Positions 41,057-50,585 of a stretch of 64,000 nt of DNA are shown in pieces. The notes below the pieces were generated by a model. That model ran no database searches. It worked only from the letters and a program-made list of their open reading frames with translations, and was not told the origin of the DNA. The stretch spans positions 2,080,001 to 2,144,000 of the forward strand of contig OZ253449.1 in NCBI GenBank assembly GCA_965261345.1, given 5' to 3'. Origin of the DNA: Chloroflexota bacterium (GTDB lineage Bacteria > Chloroflexota > UBA11872 > VXNJ01). The translations under genes and the position numbers were made by a program. Position 1 is the stretch's first letter; each line of letters begins with the position of its first letter.

Positions 41057-41953
41057 TTGGCCGTCACGAGAGATAACGCTTTGCAATTTACCAAGCTTGA
41101 AGGGGCCGGCAACGACTTTGTACTAGTCGACGCCCGCACCGAATCCGCTCCCGATTGGGGGGCGCTGGCCAGATCGATCTGCGATCGACACTTCGGCGTT
41201 GGTGCCGACGGCATCCTGCTGGTCCAAGGGGCCGTGGGCATCGATCTCGAGATGGCAATGTTCAACCCCGACGGCTCACCATCGGCAATGTGCGGCAACG
41301 GTATCCGCTGTTTTGCCAAGTACCTCCATGATCGAGGCGAAGTCGGTGATGACCAGGTCGCGGTCAAGACCGGTGCCGGACCGGTTTGGTTCCAGGTTGC
41401 CAGAGCAAACGGCCCAAGCTTCACGGTGGCGACCTCGCTTGGGGTGCCCGACCTAGACGCAGAGGCGGTTCCGACCAATTTGGCCGACGATATGGCCATT
41501 GAGGTGCCGGTGCGAATTGGTGGTCAGGATCTGGAACTTACCTGCGTGAGCATGGGTAACCCGCACGCCGTGGCCCGCGTCGATAGTGTGGATGATTTCG
41601 ATCTGGCGCGCATCGGCCCGTTGGTGGAAAATCACCCGGCATTCCCCGAACGCACCAACTTCGAGATCTACTGCCCAGTGCCAGATGAGACCGGCCCGCG
41701 CCTGCGAATGCGGGTATGGGAGCGTGGCGCCGGGATCACCCTGGCCTGCGGGTCGGGCGCGGCGGCCACGGCGGCCGCGGCCATGAAAACCGGTGCGATT
41801 GAATTTGGACGGGTTGACCTAACGGCCGACGGCGGCCGCCTGACGGCCGAATGGGACCACGAACATGATGATCTAATACTTGCCGGCCCGGCCAGTACCG
41901 TCTTTTCGGGCCATTGGCCAGCCGGTTGCAATCCCCGGGCATCGCAACCATAG
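41057..41953 (+). CDS. dapF: Diaminopimelate epimerase
   Basis: GAGNDF, GADG, MCGNG, SMGNPH and ERGAGITLACGSG, with both catalytic Cys present. Confidence 0.95.
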   Translation: MAVTRDNALQFTKLEGAGNDFVLVDARTESAPDWGALARSICDRHFGVGADGILLVQGAVGIDLEMAMFNPDGSPSAMCGNGIRCFAKYLHDRGEVGDDQVAVKTGAGPVWFQVARANGPSFTVATSLGVPDLDAEAVPTNLADDMAIEVPVRIGGQDLELTCVSMGNPHAVARVDSVDDFDLARIGPLVENHPAFPERTNFEIYCPVPDETGPRLRMRVWERGAGITLACGSGAAATAAAAMKTGAIEFGRVDLTADGGRLTAEWDHEHDDLILAGPASTVFSGHWPAGCNPRASQP

Positions 41954-41994
41954 CCGATATCATCCGGAATTCAAGCAGCTTTAAGCGAGTCAAC

Positions 41995-43170
41995 TTGAGC
42001 ATCAACCCCGAAAATCTGTTGGCCCAGCGCATTGCCGAACTGCCGCCTTACCTTTTCGCCCGACTCGACGCTTTGCGTGCGCAAAAAGCCGCCCAGGGAG
42101 TCGACGTTATCCCGGTCAGCATCGGCGATCCGGACCTCCCGACCCCCTCCACGGTGGTTGACCGGCTGCGCGAAGCGGCCACCAATCCGGCCTACCACCG
42201 CTACAACGAGACCGCGATCCCTCAATTTCGGCAGGCCATTGCCGATTGGTACCGTCGTCGCTTCGGAGTCGATCTGGATCCGAACCGTGAGATCGTCCCG
42301 CTGATCGGCTCCAAGGAAGGAATAGCCCACCTACCAATCGCCCTGGTCAATCCCGGAGACCTGGTGCTGGTCCCCGATCCCGGATATCCGGTATATGCGA
42401 TCGGGACCCAACTGGTTGGCGGCCAGGTGGCTCGGCTGGAGCTCCGCCGAGAAGCCGGGTGGACCCCCGATCTGGGTGCCGTCGCAGCCGCCGACCGGGC
42501 CGCCGCCAAGCTGCTGTGGCTCAACTACCCGAACAACCCGACCGCGGCGAGCGGGTCAACCGAATTCTTCCGCGAAGCACTCAACTTCTGCCGCCGCCAC
42601 GAAATCCTGCTCTGTCAGGACGCGGCCTACTCGGAGGTGACCTTTGACGGATTCGAGGCTTCCAGCGTCCTGTCTCTGCCTGGCGCGATGGGGCATTGCG
42701 TGGAATTCCACTCACTTTCCAAGACGTACAACATGACCGGCTGGCGGGTCGGCTGGGCGGCCGGCAATGCCGATGTAATCGAGGCCCTTGGGCGCATCAA
42801 GAGCAATCTCGACTCAGGGATGTTTGCGGCGGTCGAGGCGGCTGGTGTGGCCGCCCTGGAGTTGCCCACGCAGTGGATCCGGAAGCGCAATCTGGTATAC
42901 CAGAATCGGCGCGATCGGGTGGTCGCGGCTCTCCGCAATATGGGGCTTGAACCTGAAGTTCCGGCCGCCAGCCTGTACGTTTGGACGCCGGTGCCGCGCG
43001 GGTACGATTCCTCCTCCTGGGCTGCCCACGTAATTGACGAGGTCGGAGTTATCGTGACTCCGGGGCTGGGATTCGGGCCGGGTGGGGACGGCTACTTTCG
43101 GATTTCGCTCACCACTCCCGACGCGCGCCTTGACGAGGCGATGGACCGGCTGGCAACCCTATCGCACTGA
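41995..43170 (+). CDS. dapL: LL-diaminopimelate aminotransferase (class I PLP)
   Basis: LPPYLFA, IGDPD, IGSKEG, NYPNNPT, DAAYSE and SLSKTYNMTGWRVG. Adjacent to dapF. Probable TTG start at 41995. Confidence 0.82.
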   Translation: MSINPENLLAQRIAELPPYLFARLDALRAQKAAQGVDVIPVSIGDPDLPTPSTVVDRLREAATNPAYHRYNETAIPQFRQAIADWYRRRFGVDLDPNREIVPLIGSKEGIAHLPIALVNPGDLVLVPDPGYPVYAIGTQLVGGQVARLELRREAGWTPDLGAVAAADRAAAKLLWLNYPNNPTAASGSTEFFREALNFCRRHEILLCQDAAYSEVTFDGFEASSVLSLPGAMGHCVEFHSLSKTYNMTGWRVGWAAGNADVIEALGRIKSNLDSGMFAAVEAAGVAALELPTQWIRKRNLVYQNRRDRVVAALRNMGLEPEVPAASLYVWTPVPRGYDSSSWAAHVIDEVGVIVTPGLGFGPGGDGYFRISLTTPDARLDEAMDRLATLSH

Positions 43171-44261
43171 CCACTCCCGGGCCGGAAGCGGTCTACCTGG
43201 CGGGCCTGGATCTGCCCGGCCGAAGGGCCTGGTCGCCGCGGGACAGCCTGGCCGAATTGGCCGAATTGGCCACCGCCGCCGGAGCTCGGGTCTGCGGGCA
43301 GCAGTTGGTGCGAGTTCGCCGACCGGGGCCGCGCTTGTTGGTCGGTACCGGCCAGGCCGATTCGGTGATCGCGGCGGCGAAGGCGGCCGGCGCCCAAGCG
43401 ATCGTATTTGACGCCGAATTGCATCCACGCCAGCAGCGCAACCTCGAGTCGCTGGCGCAGATGAAGATCATCGATCGTACGGCGTTGATCCTGGATATAT
43501 TCGCCCAGCACGCAACTTCGGCGGAGGGCAAATTGCAGGTTGCGCGCGCACAAGTTGAGTACCTGCTGCCGCGGCTTTCGCAGCTCTGGGTGCAGTTCTC
43601 GCGGACCGGTGGCGGGATCGGCACGCGTGGCCCTGGTGAAACCCAGCTGGAGCGTGACCGGCGGGAATTACGAGCGCGCTCCACTCAGCTTGACCGCCAG
43701 ATCGAGAAGGTGCGCGACCGACGCGCTCGCGCTCGCCGGAAACGTGAGCAATTCGGAATCGTTGTCGCCCTCGTTGGTTACACCAACGCCGGCAAGACAA
43801 GTCTTCACGCCGCCCTCTCGGGAGCCGGTCGAGCCGGGCACGGCCAGATGTTTGCGACCTTGGATCCGCTGGTGCGGCGGGCCACCCTGCCCGGTGGCCT
43901 TCGGGTGCTGGTAGTCGATACGGTCGGCTTTATCCATGATCTGCCGGAGGGATTGATCGCCGCGTTCAAGGCGACCCTGGAAGAGATCTCGGGCGCCGAC
44001 CTGATAGTGCACGTAGCCGATGCGGCCGCGCCGCGCCTGGCCGAAAGGATCGATACGGTTGTGTCTACGCTTGAGGACCTGGGGTTGGGTGATCGACCCA
44101 GTTTGCTGGCGCTAAACAAGGCCGATCTGGTTCCGCCCGGAAATCCTGCACCGGCTCCGGGCGGAGTACTGGTGTCCGCCCGAACCAAAGTTGGAATAAA
44201 CGAGTTGGGGATGGCAATCGAACGGGCACTGGCGAGCCGGTCGGTCGCGCCACGGGCGTAG
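43167..44261 (+). CDS. hflX: Ribosome-splitting GTPase HflX (short form)
   Basis: DRTALILDIF, GIGTRGPGETQLE, GYTNAGKT, DTVGF, NKAD and SA. The conserved N-terminus extends upstream to a CTG at 43167. Confidence 0.92.
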   Translation: MTTPGPEAVYLAGLDLPGRRAWSPRDSLAELAELATAAGARVCGQQLVRVRRPGPRLLVGTGQADSVIAAAKAAGAQAIVFDAELHPRQQRNLESLAQMKIIDRTALILDIFAQHATSAEGKLQVARAQVEYLLPRLSQLWVQFSRTGGGIGTRGPGETQLERDRRELRARSTQLDRQIEKVRDRRARARRKREQFGIVVALVGYTNAGKTSLHAALSGAGRAGHGQMFATLDPLVRRATLPGGLRVLVVDTVGFIHDLPEGLIAAFKATLEEISGADLIVHVADAAAPRLAERIDTVVSTLEDLGLGDRPSLLALNKADLVPPGNPAPAPGGVLVSARTKVGINELGMAIERALASRSVAPRA

Positions 44262-44294
44262 GGCCGCACCCGAGCGCTTCCGCCGCCGGGGCGG

Positions 44295-45302
44295 CTAGTC
44301 GCGGTCCTGCGGCTGACCCGGCCGGGCCGCCACCGCATCCTCCAACGGTTGTGAATAGCGATCAAAGGCCGCCCGCAGATGCCCGACCGAATAATGGGCG
44401 TAGATCGTCTTGGTGGTTTCGGGAGACGCGTGGCCGAGGAGGTCTTGAACCTGCGAAAGGTCGGCTCCACGGTCTAACAGGGTGGTCGCCTTTAGGTGGC
44501 GAAAGTGATGGGTTGATGCCGACACGCCGCAGCTTTGGGCATGCCGCTTTACGGTCAACCAAATCGTCTGTGGGGACAGGCGCAGGCGCTCGCCGCGCGG
44601 GCCGGGCCTCGATCCCTTGGTGTGGCGAATAAAAAGCGGTTCAAAATGGTCGGCGCGGCGGTCCAGGTATGCATCGATGTGACCCAGCGTTTGGGGATCA
44701 AAGAAAACGACCCTTTCCTTATTGCCCTTGCCGCTGATGATGGCTTCCCCGACGCGGCCGCTGGCAAGGTCGGCGCGATTGAGCGAGGCGACTTCGGCCC
44801 GCCGCATCCCGGTTGCGTATAGGGTGTTGAGGATTGCCCGGTCGCGGAGCAGGCGCAACCCCAATTTTCCGGTCGGATCGCGATCGGGCAGGGGAGTCTG
44901 ATTTGCGTTATGAACTATCAGGGCCAGGGTCGAATCGACCCGCGGGGTCGAATAGTTTTTCCTGACTTTTACCCGCTGAAGCTGCTCGCGCGAACGTTCG
45001 AGCGAAATCTGCGGAACGGCCGCTTCGCCCGCCAGATACCGTAGCAGTCCGCGCAATCCGGCCAGGTAGGTCTCCACCGTGGACAGGTGATCGCGACCGT
45101 GGCGATCGACCAACCAGAGATAGAACTGCTCCAGGCTGCGTTCGGGCAAATCGTCGAGCCCTGATCGGGCCGGGTCGATCCGCCGGTCATGGAGGTATTT
45201 GCAGAATGCGTTAAGTCCGGTCGCGTAGGTGCTACGGGTGGCCGGTGACTTGGCACGGTTTACCCGCAGAAAGCTGGCGATCGCCGATTCAATTGTTTGC
45301 AT
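44295..45302 (-). CDS. XerC/XerD-like tyrosine recombinase
   Basis: N-terminal SPATRSTY helix; RDRAIL..LYATGMRRAE (R), GKGNKER (K), HHFRH (HxxR), LLGHAS (H) and IYAH (Y). Confidence 0.93.
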   Translation of the reverse strand: MQTIESAIASFLRVNRAKSPATRSTYATGLNAFCKYLHDRRIDPARSGLDDLPERSLEQFYLWLVDRHGRDHLSTVETYLAGLRGLLRYLAGEAAVPQISLERSREQLQRVKVRKNYSTPRVDSTLALIVHNANQTPLPDRDPTGKLGLRLLRDRAILNTLYATGMRRAEVASLNRADLASGRVGEAIISGKGNKERVVFFDPQTLGHIDAYLDRRADHFEPLFIRHTKGSRPGPRGERLRLSPQTIWLTVKRHAQSCGVSASTHHFRHLKATTLLDRGADLSQVQDLLGHASPETTKTIYAHYSVGHLRAAFDRYSQPLEDAVAARPGQPQDRD

Positions 45303-45330
45303 ACTTTACATAATAACGAGATTGGCAAGT
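45303..45330 (-). other. dif-like 28-bp site abutting the recombinase start codon
   Basis: Minus strand reads ACTTGCCAATC-TCGTTA-TTATGTAAAGT-ATG. 11+6+11 layout, ACTT/AAGT inverted ends, 9/28 GC. Right arm matches the B. subtilis dif arm TTATGTAAACT at 10/11. Confidence 0.6.
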
Positions 45331-45411
45331 CGCACTCGCCGGATCGCCGGCCAGCCGGCCACAGGTTCGATAATCCGCTAGTCGAAAGAACCCTCTCGTT
45401 GGGGGGCAACA

Positions 45412-47031
45412 TTGCAGAATCGCGAGTTCGCAGCGGCTGACCAGCCACAGCCCCGATGGCGGAAATTGCTGGCGGCGCCATGGGTTTTTGCCGGATTGAT
45501 TGGGCTGTTGGCCAGCGGGCTGGTTACCTCCCTCTACTTCCCGCTATTCGAACTCGGTTGGATGGCCAACCCAGCCTTTGACTTCGTCGATCTGCTGATC
45601 CGCTATTCGCCGGGAGCCTTGGCGACGTGGTCGATCGAGACTTTGGGTCAGCTTGGAAAGCAACTGCTAGAGGCCTCCGGGTTATTGACCTGGATCGCAA
45701 TGGGAGCAGTCATATCCGCTGCAATCACCCGATTCGCGCCGCCGGCATTTACGGTCAGCCAGCGGGCATTGCTGGCGGGCGGAGCCTACGGGGCGTTGTG
45801 CGTGGGAGTCGAAATGCTCGCCGAACTGTCGTTTTACGGGCTAGGCGGGATTTTCTGGATCGCCGCCACCGCCCTGCTTTTCGGGTTTTTGGCCCAAATG
45901 TTCGCCCCATCCGGAGCGATCGCTGAACCGCCAGCTGACCCTCCGACCTGGCCGCCACCACCGCGCCCGGGCTGGTTGCAAACCCGTTCGCGGCGGGAAT
46001 TGCTGGCAATGTCGGCCGCGACCGCGATCATCGGTTCGATCGTTGCGATCGCCGCCCAGCGGAATCTATTAACGGCAACGATCGCCGACAGCGCGGGTCC
46101 GGTTGAAACGCTTATAGGATTTGATCCGGACTTTGTTCCAGCCGCCAACACCCGGCCGCTGGTTACCGCCAACCCCGATTTTTACCGGATCGACATCTAT
46201 ACCCGCACCCCGACATTTGCCCGATCCAACTGGTCGATGCAGGTCGCAGGACTGGTTGACCGCGAACTGAATTTTTCAATCGAGGACATCGAAGCGTTGC
46301 CGGCCCGAGAACAGTACGGGACGCTGCAGTGCATTTCCAACGAGGTTGGGGGGGAGCTTATTTCAACCACCAAGTGGACCGGTGTGCCACTGGCCGAGGT
46401 GCTCGACCTGGCCGGGGTAAAACCCGGTGCCGAGGATGTGGTTTTTTATGCCCCGGGCGGGTACGACGATTCGATTCCGATCGCCAAGGCACTTGAACCG
46501 GGCACCCTGCTGGCATACGGCATGAATGGGCAGCCACTACCGCCCGAACACGGATTTCCGCTCCGAGCTTACATTCCCAACATCTACGGGATGAAAAATG
46601 TCAAATACATAACGCGCATCGAGGTGGTTGATTCCAACCACGAGGGCTATTGGCAGCGTCGCGGATGGTCGGACACCGCGATCATCAAGACCACCAGCGC
46701 CTGGGATCTGCCAGGCGGTAGTCGGATCGGACGGATCAATCCCGGCGAAGACATCATCGGGGGCATTGCATTCGGCGGGGCGCGGGGAATTTCCGCAGTG
46801 GAATGGCACCATACGGATAGTGATATTTGGACTCCGGCCGAGCTTGAGGACCAATTGAGTCCCACCACCTGGCGGCGCTGGAAAGCCGACTTGGGTCTGG
46901 AACCGGGCACTCATCGGTTGGAGGTTCGAGCCTATGACGGCAACGGCGATCCGCAAACGGAAACCCGAACTCCCACCCACCCCGATGGGGCCAGCGGATA
47001 TCACCTCATCCAGCTTTCGGTTAGCGGGTAG
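45412..47031 (+). CDS. Polytopic membrane molybdopterin-dependent oxidoreductase (sulfite oxidase family)
   Basis: Four TM segments, internal SRRELL plus a fifth TM; FYRID, LQCISN (Mo ligand), WTGVPL, HGFPLR, YGMKNVK and GYWQRRGW; Ig-like C-terminus. Confidence 0.88.
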   Translation: MQNREFAAADQPQPRWRKLLAAPWVFAGLIGLLASGLVTSLYFPLFELGWMANPAFDFVDLLIRYSPGALATWSIETLGQLGKQLLEASGLLTWIAMGAVISAAITRFAPPAFTVSQRALLAGGAYGALCVGVEMLAELSFYGLGGIFWIAATALLFGFLAQMFAPSGAIAEPPADPPTWPPPPRPGWLQTRSRRELLAMSAATAIIGSIVAIAAQRNLLTATIADSAGPVETLIGFDPDFVPAANTRPLVTANPDFYRIDIYTRTPTFARSNWSMQVAGLVDRELNFSIEDIEALPAREQYGTLQCISNEVGGELISTTKWTGVPLAEVLDLAGVKPGAEDVVFYAPGGYDDSIPIAKALEPGTLLAYGMNGQPLPPEHGFPLRAYIPNIYGMKNVKYITRIEVVDSNHEGYWQRRGWSDTAIIKTTSAWDLPGGSRIGRINPGEDIIGGIAFGGARGISAVEWHHTDSDIWTPAELEDQLSPTTWRRWKADLGLEPGTHRLEVRAYDGNGDPQTETRTPTHPDGASGYHLIQLSVSG

Positions 47032-47158
47032 CTCGGATCATCTCCTAGCGACCGCGGCGCGAACCGGCTGTTAGCGGGCAAACGGTTGAGTGCGGTAGGA
47101 AATAATTGGGGACCTGCTTGAGGTATTGCGCCCAGGTACGGCTGCAGGAGCGCAGAGG

Positions 47159-48142
47159 ATGATGGCAATGCGATTGACGCAGGACCAACTAAACCACTTT
47201 GATCGCGAGGGTTGGTTGGTAGTCGAAGAGGTTTTTGATCCGGAAATCGATTTTGGTCCGCTCCAACGCGATTATTCGGCCATCGCCGACCGTCAGGCGC
47301 TCGAGGTGCTCACTCCCGAACAGCTCGCCGGTTACGACCGGAATTGGACGTTCCGGAAGAAATTTATGTACATGGCCGAATGCACCGGGGGGTTTGATTA
47401 CCAGCCATACGATATTTCGCTTCCGCTAGGGGGCTTTTCCGAGGCGACCGAAATGTACACCGGAGCGGCTGCATTCGCCCTGCTTTCGCATCCTCGGCTG
47501 TTAGATCTCGTGGAGTGTTTCATCGGGTCTGAGATTTTTTCCAATCCAATCCAGCATATTCGGGTCAAGGTTCCCGAACGTTTGATCCCTCACCAACAAG
47601 GCGCTAAACTCCACGCCGGCTCGGCCATCGGGACCAACACCCAGTGGCACCAGGACAATGGCGTGGCCACCGAGGACTGCGACGTAACGCCGGTCATCAC
47701 CTGTTGGGCGCCGATTACCGACGCCACGATTGAAATGGGTTGTCTGGCGGCGATCCCGCGCAGCCACCGGATTGGCCTGGCGCCGCATTGCCTAAACGGG
47801 AGCCCCCTCCAGATCCCCGAGGAAAATATCGAGACGGACCTTATGCGGCCACTGCCGATGAAGGCCGGTTCAGTGCTTTTTCTGCACCGCCACACCATGC
47901 ATAGTTCGCTCAAAAACGTTTCCGACCACATGCGATTTAGTTTCGACCTGCGCTATTCGCCGACCGGATTACCCACCGGGCGATCTGTTTTTCCGGGATT
48001 CGTAGCCAGATCCAAGCGCGATCCGGAAAGTGAAACCAGGGATCCAACCGAATGGGCCCGCAGCTGGGCTGAGGCCAAATCTCGTTTGTCCGGAGCCAGC
48101 CACAGTTTCAACCGCTTCGGCGTCGAATCGTTCGTCTGCTAG
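47159..48142 (+). CDS. Phytanoyl-CoA dioxygenase (PhyH) family Fe(II)/2OG oxygenase
   Basis: FDREGWLVVE, WHQD, GCLAAIPRSH, HSSLKN and RFSFDLRY. Confidence 0.88.
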   Translation: MMAMRLTQDQLNHFDREGWLVVEEVFDPEIDFGPLQRDYSAIADRQALEVLTPEQLAGYDRNWTFRKKFMYMAECTGGFDYQPYDISLPLGGFSEATEMYTGAAAFALLSHPRLLDLVECFIGSEIFSNPIQHIRVKVPERLIPHQQGAKLHAGSAIGTNTQWHQDNGVATEDCDVTPVITCWAPITDATIEMGCLAAIPRSHRIGLAPHCLNGSPLQIPEENIETDLMRPLPMKAGSVLFLHRHTMHSSLKNVSDHMRFSFDLRYSPTGLPTGRSVFPGFVARSKRDPESETRDPTEWARSWAEAKSRLSGASHSFNRFGVESFVC

Positions 48143-48151
48143 GGATATTGC

Positions 48152-49192
48152 ATGGCGTCTAACTGCAAATTCATCCTGGTTGAGCGGCCGCGGGCAGAAC
48201 CGTCGCCGGACAATTTTGAGTTGATCGAGGAACCGGCCGGGACGCCGGGCCAAGGCCAGGTGCTCGCGCGCAGTATCTGGCTCTCGGTGGATCCCTATAT
48301 GCGTGGCCGCATGCGACCAACCCGGAGCTATGCCGATCCGGCCGGCCTGGGTCAGGTCATGGTCGGCAGCGGGGTTGGCGAAGTGGTGGCTTCCGCTACG
48401 GACGAGTTTTCGCCGGGCGATATCGTCGAGGGCGACTTCGGATGGCAGACGATGCCGATCGTTAACGCCCGCGAGCTGGACTTGATCGACCCCGCCCTGG
48501 CCCCGATTTCCACCGCCATTGGTGTGCTGGGGATGCCCGGGATGACCGCCTACTTCGGTTTGCTGGAGGTCGGCCGTCCACAGGCCGGTGATACGGTCGT
48601 GGTTTCGGCTGCCTCGGGCGCGGTTGGCGGCATCGTCGGCCAAATTGCCCGGATCGGCGGGGCCCGCACGGTCGGGATCGTCGGCTCGGAAGCCAAGCGG
48701 GCCTACTGCCTTGATCGGTTGGGTTATGATGCGGCCATCAATCGCCGCACCCAGGACGTAGGCGACGGGCTGGACGCCGCCTGCCCCGACGGAATCGATG
48801 TTTATTTCGACAACGTTGGCGGTCCGATTCTCGATGCCGTGCTCGCGCGCATCAATCTTGGGGCGCGAATTGCAATCTGCGGAATGATCTCCGAGTACAA
48901 CTTGCCCGAGCCGGAACTGGCGGTCCGCCCCACTCGGGCGCTGCTTTCAAACCGCGCCACAATGCAGGGATTGCTGGTCCGAGACTGGTGGCATCGGCGC
49001 GCCGCGGCGCGCGCCCGGATCGCCGGTTGGATTCGAAGTGGTCAGCTCTATTACCGCGAGGAGACGATTGAGGGCTTCGAAAACATGCCAATTGCCCTTA
49101 TCGGATTGTTGGCGGGCGAGAATTTCGGCAAACGGCTGGTTAGGGTCGACGACCCGCCCGCCGGAGTGCGGGCCGGCGGGGACGCCAGTTAG
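48152..49192 (+). CDS. NADP-dependent alkenal/one reductase (PTGR/CurA-like MDR)
   Basis: SVDPYMRGRM, LGMPGMTAYFGL, SAASGAVG, YFDNVGG and GENFGK. Confidence 0.92.
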   Translation: MASNCKFILVERPRAEPSPDNFELIEEPAGTPGQGQVLARSIWLSVDPYMRGRMRPTRSYADPAGLGQVMVGSGVGEVVASATDEFSPGDIVEGDFGWQTMPIVNARELDLIDPALAPISTAIGVLGMPGMTAYFGLLEVGRPQAGDTVVVSAASGAVGGIVGQIARIGGARTVGIVGSEAKRAYCLDRLGYDAAINRRTQDVGDGLDAACPDGIDVYFDNVGGPILDAVLARINLGARIAICGMISEYNLPEPELAVRPTRALLSNRATMQGLLVRDWWHRRAAARARIAGWIRSGQLYYREETIEGFENMPIALIGLLAGENFGKRLVRVDDPPAGVRAGGDAS

Positions 49193-49235
49193 CGGCCCAG
49201 GCCGAATCGGTCCGAGCCTGAACGCCCGCCCGGTT

Positions 49236-50585
49236 CTAGGCCAACTGGTCGAATCGACCAAGCAGGTCGAATAGGCAGCCGGCGCCAAATTCCAGGCAGC
49301 TGGCCGGAACCCGTTCGTCGGCTGCGTGAATCAGCCTGAAGACCTCGATATCGTCGGGCAGGTCCAGCGGCAGAAATCCGTACGACTGGATTCCCAGTCG
49401 ACGAAACTCGCGCCCGTCGGTCGCCCCGACCATCAGCATCGGCATAGGTCGGGCCGCGGGGTCATGTTCCTTAAGGATCTGGCCCAGCAGCGGGAGCAAA
49501 CGCAGATCCGGTTCGCCCATCGGATCGCTCATCGCGCGCGGCGGATCGAACTCAACATCGCCTCCCAGTAATGCCTGCAGATCGGCAACCAGTTTGTCCG
49601 GGTTGGAGCTGGGCAGGATTCGAGCGTCGAAATTGAGCTCGATAACGCTCGGCACGACATTGAATTTTTCGCCGGCCGCAATCACCGTTACGTTCACCGT
49701 ATCGTGCAGGACGCAGTCAAAAATATCGCCCTGACGCCCCATCCGGTTCAGGGCGGCATCGCTGCGGGCCGGGTCGAGCAGAGCCAGCACGGTGGCCCGT
49801 TGCTCTCCCTTGAGTCCGGCCGCAACCGCCTCGATCATGGCCGCCGCAGCCGGAGTGATGTTTACCGGCAACCGCTGTCGGTCCAGGGTCGTCAAGACCC
49901 GGGCCAAGCCGGCCATGATCCCGCCGCGGTGGATCATGGCACCGTGGCCGCCCGGCCCACGGAGTCGTCCGCGCAGGCGCACGACCGTTTTTTCTGAGAC
50001 CTGGATCGGATAGAACGACTGCCCGAACACGCGATCACGATACCCGCCAAACTCACCGATAGCAAACCGAACCCCGGCGAACTGTCCGGGATGGTTTTCG
50101 ACCATGAATTTCGCGCCGAATTCGGCCCCCGCCTCCTCGTCGGCCAGCAGGCACAGAATCACGTCGCCGGGCAGTTCTATCCGATCGTGGTGGGCGCGCA
50201 GGAACGCGGCAATCATCATGGCATCGCCGCCTTTCATGTCCAGGCTGCCGCGCCCCCAGACCACTCCCTGATCCAATTTGCCGGCGAATGGATCGTGCGA
50301 CCATGGCTGGTCAGCGGCGGTTACGACATCGACATGCCCGTACAGTAGCAGCGGCGGTTCGCCCCCGCCCTTTAAGCGGGCGACCAGATTCGGGCGGTTC
50401 GCATCGCGGGCAAATATTTGCGAGTCGATGCCGTACGCTGCCAGCAGGCGCTGGGCCCACTCGATGCAGGGCCTTTCATTGCCGGGCGGATTGGTGGTGT
50501 CGAATGAAATCAGTTTGCGCAGCAACTGCGCGGGATTTTCGTGAAGTCCGACAAGTTTTTCGGCTAGCGCCACTGCTGTCCCCAA
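49236..50585 (-). CDS. M20/M25/M40 metallo-peptidase/deacylase
   Basis: TTNPPGNE, GHVDVV, GRGSLDMKG, ADEE, GATD and IHAADER. Confidence 0.9.
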   Translation of the reverse strand: MGTAVALAEKLVGLHENPAQLLRKLISFDTTNPPGNERPCIEWAQRLLAAYGIDSQIFARDANRPNLVARLKGGGEPPLLLYGHVDVVTAADQPWSHDPFAGKLDQGVVWGRGSLDMKGGDAMMIAAFLRAHHDRIELPGDVILCLLADEEAGAEFGAKFMVENHPGQFAGVRFAIGEFGGYRDRVFGQSFYPIQVSEKTVVRLRGRLRGPGGHGAMIHRGGIMAGLARVLTTLDRQRLPVNITPAAAAMIEAVAAGLKGEQRATVLALLDPARSDAALNRMGRQGDIFDCVLHDTVNVTVIAAGEKFNVVPSVIELNFDARILPSSNPDKLVADLQALLGGDVEFDPPRAMSDPMGEPDLRLLPLLGQILKEHDPAARPMPMLMVGATDGREFRRLGIQSYGFLPLDLPDDIEVFRLIHAADERVPASCLEFGAGCLFDLLGRFDQLA

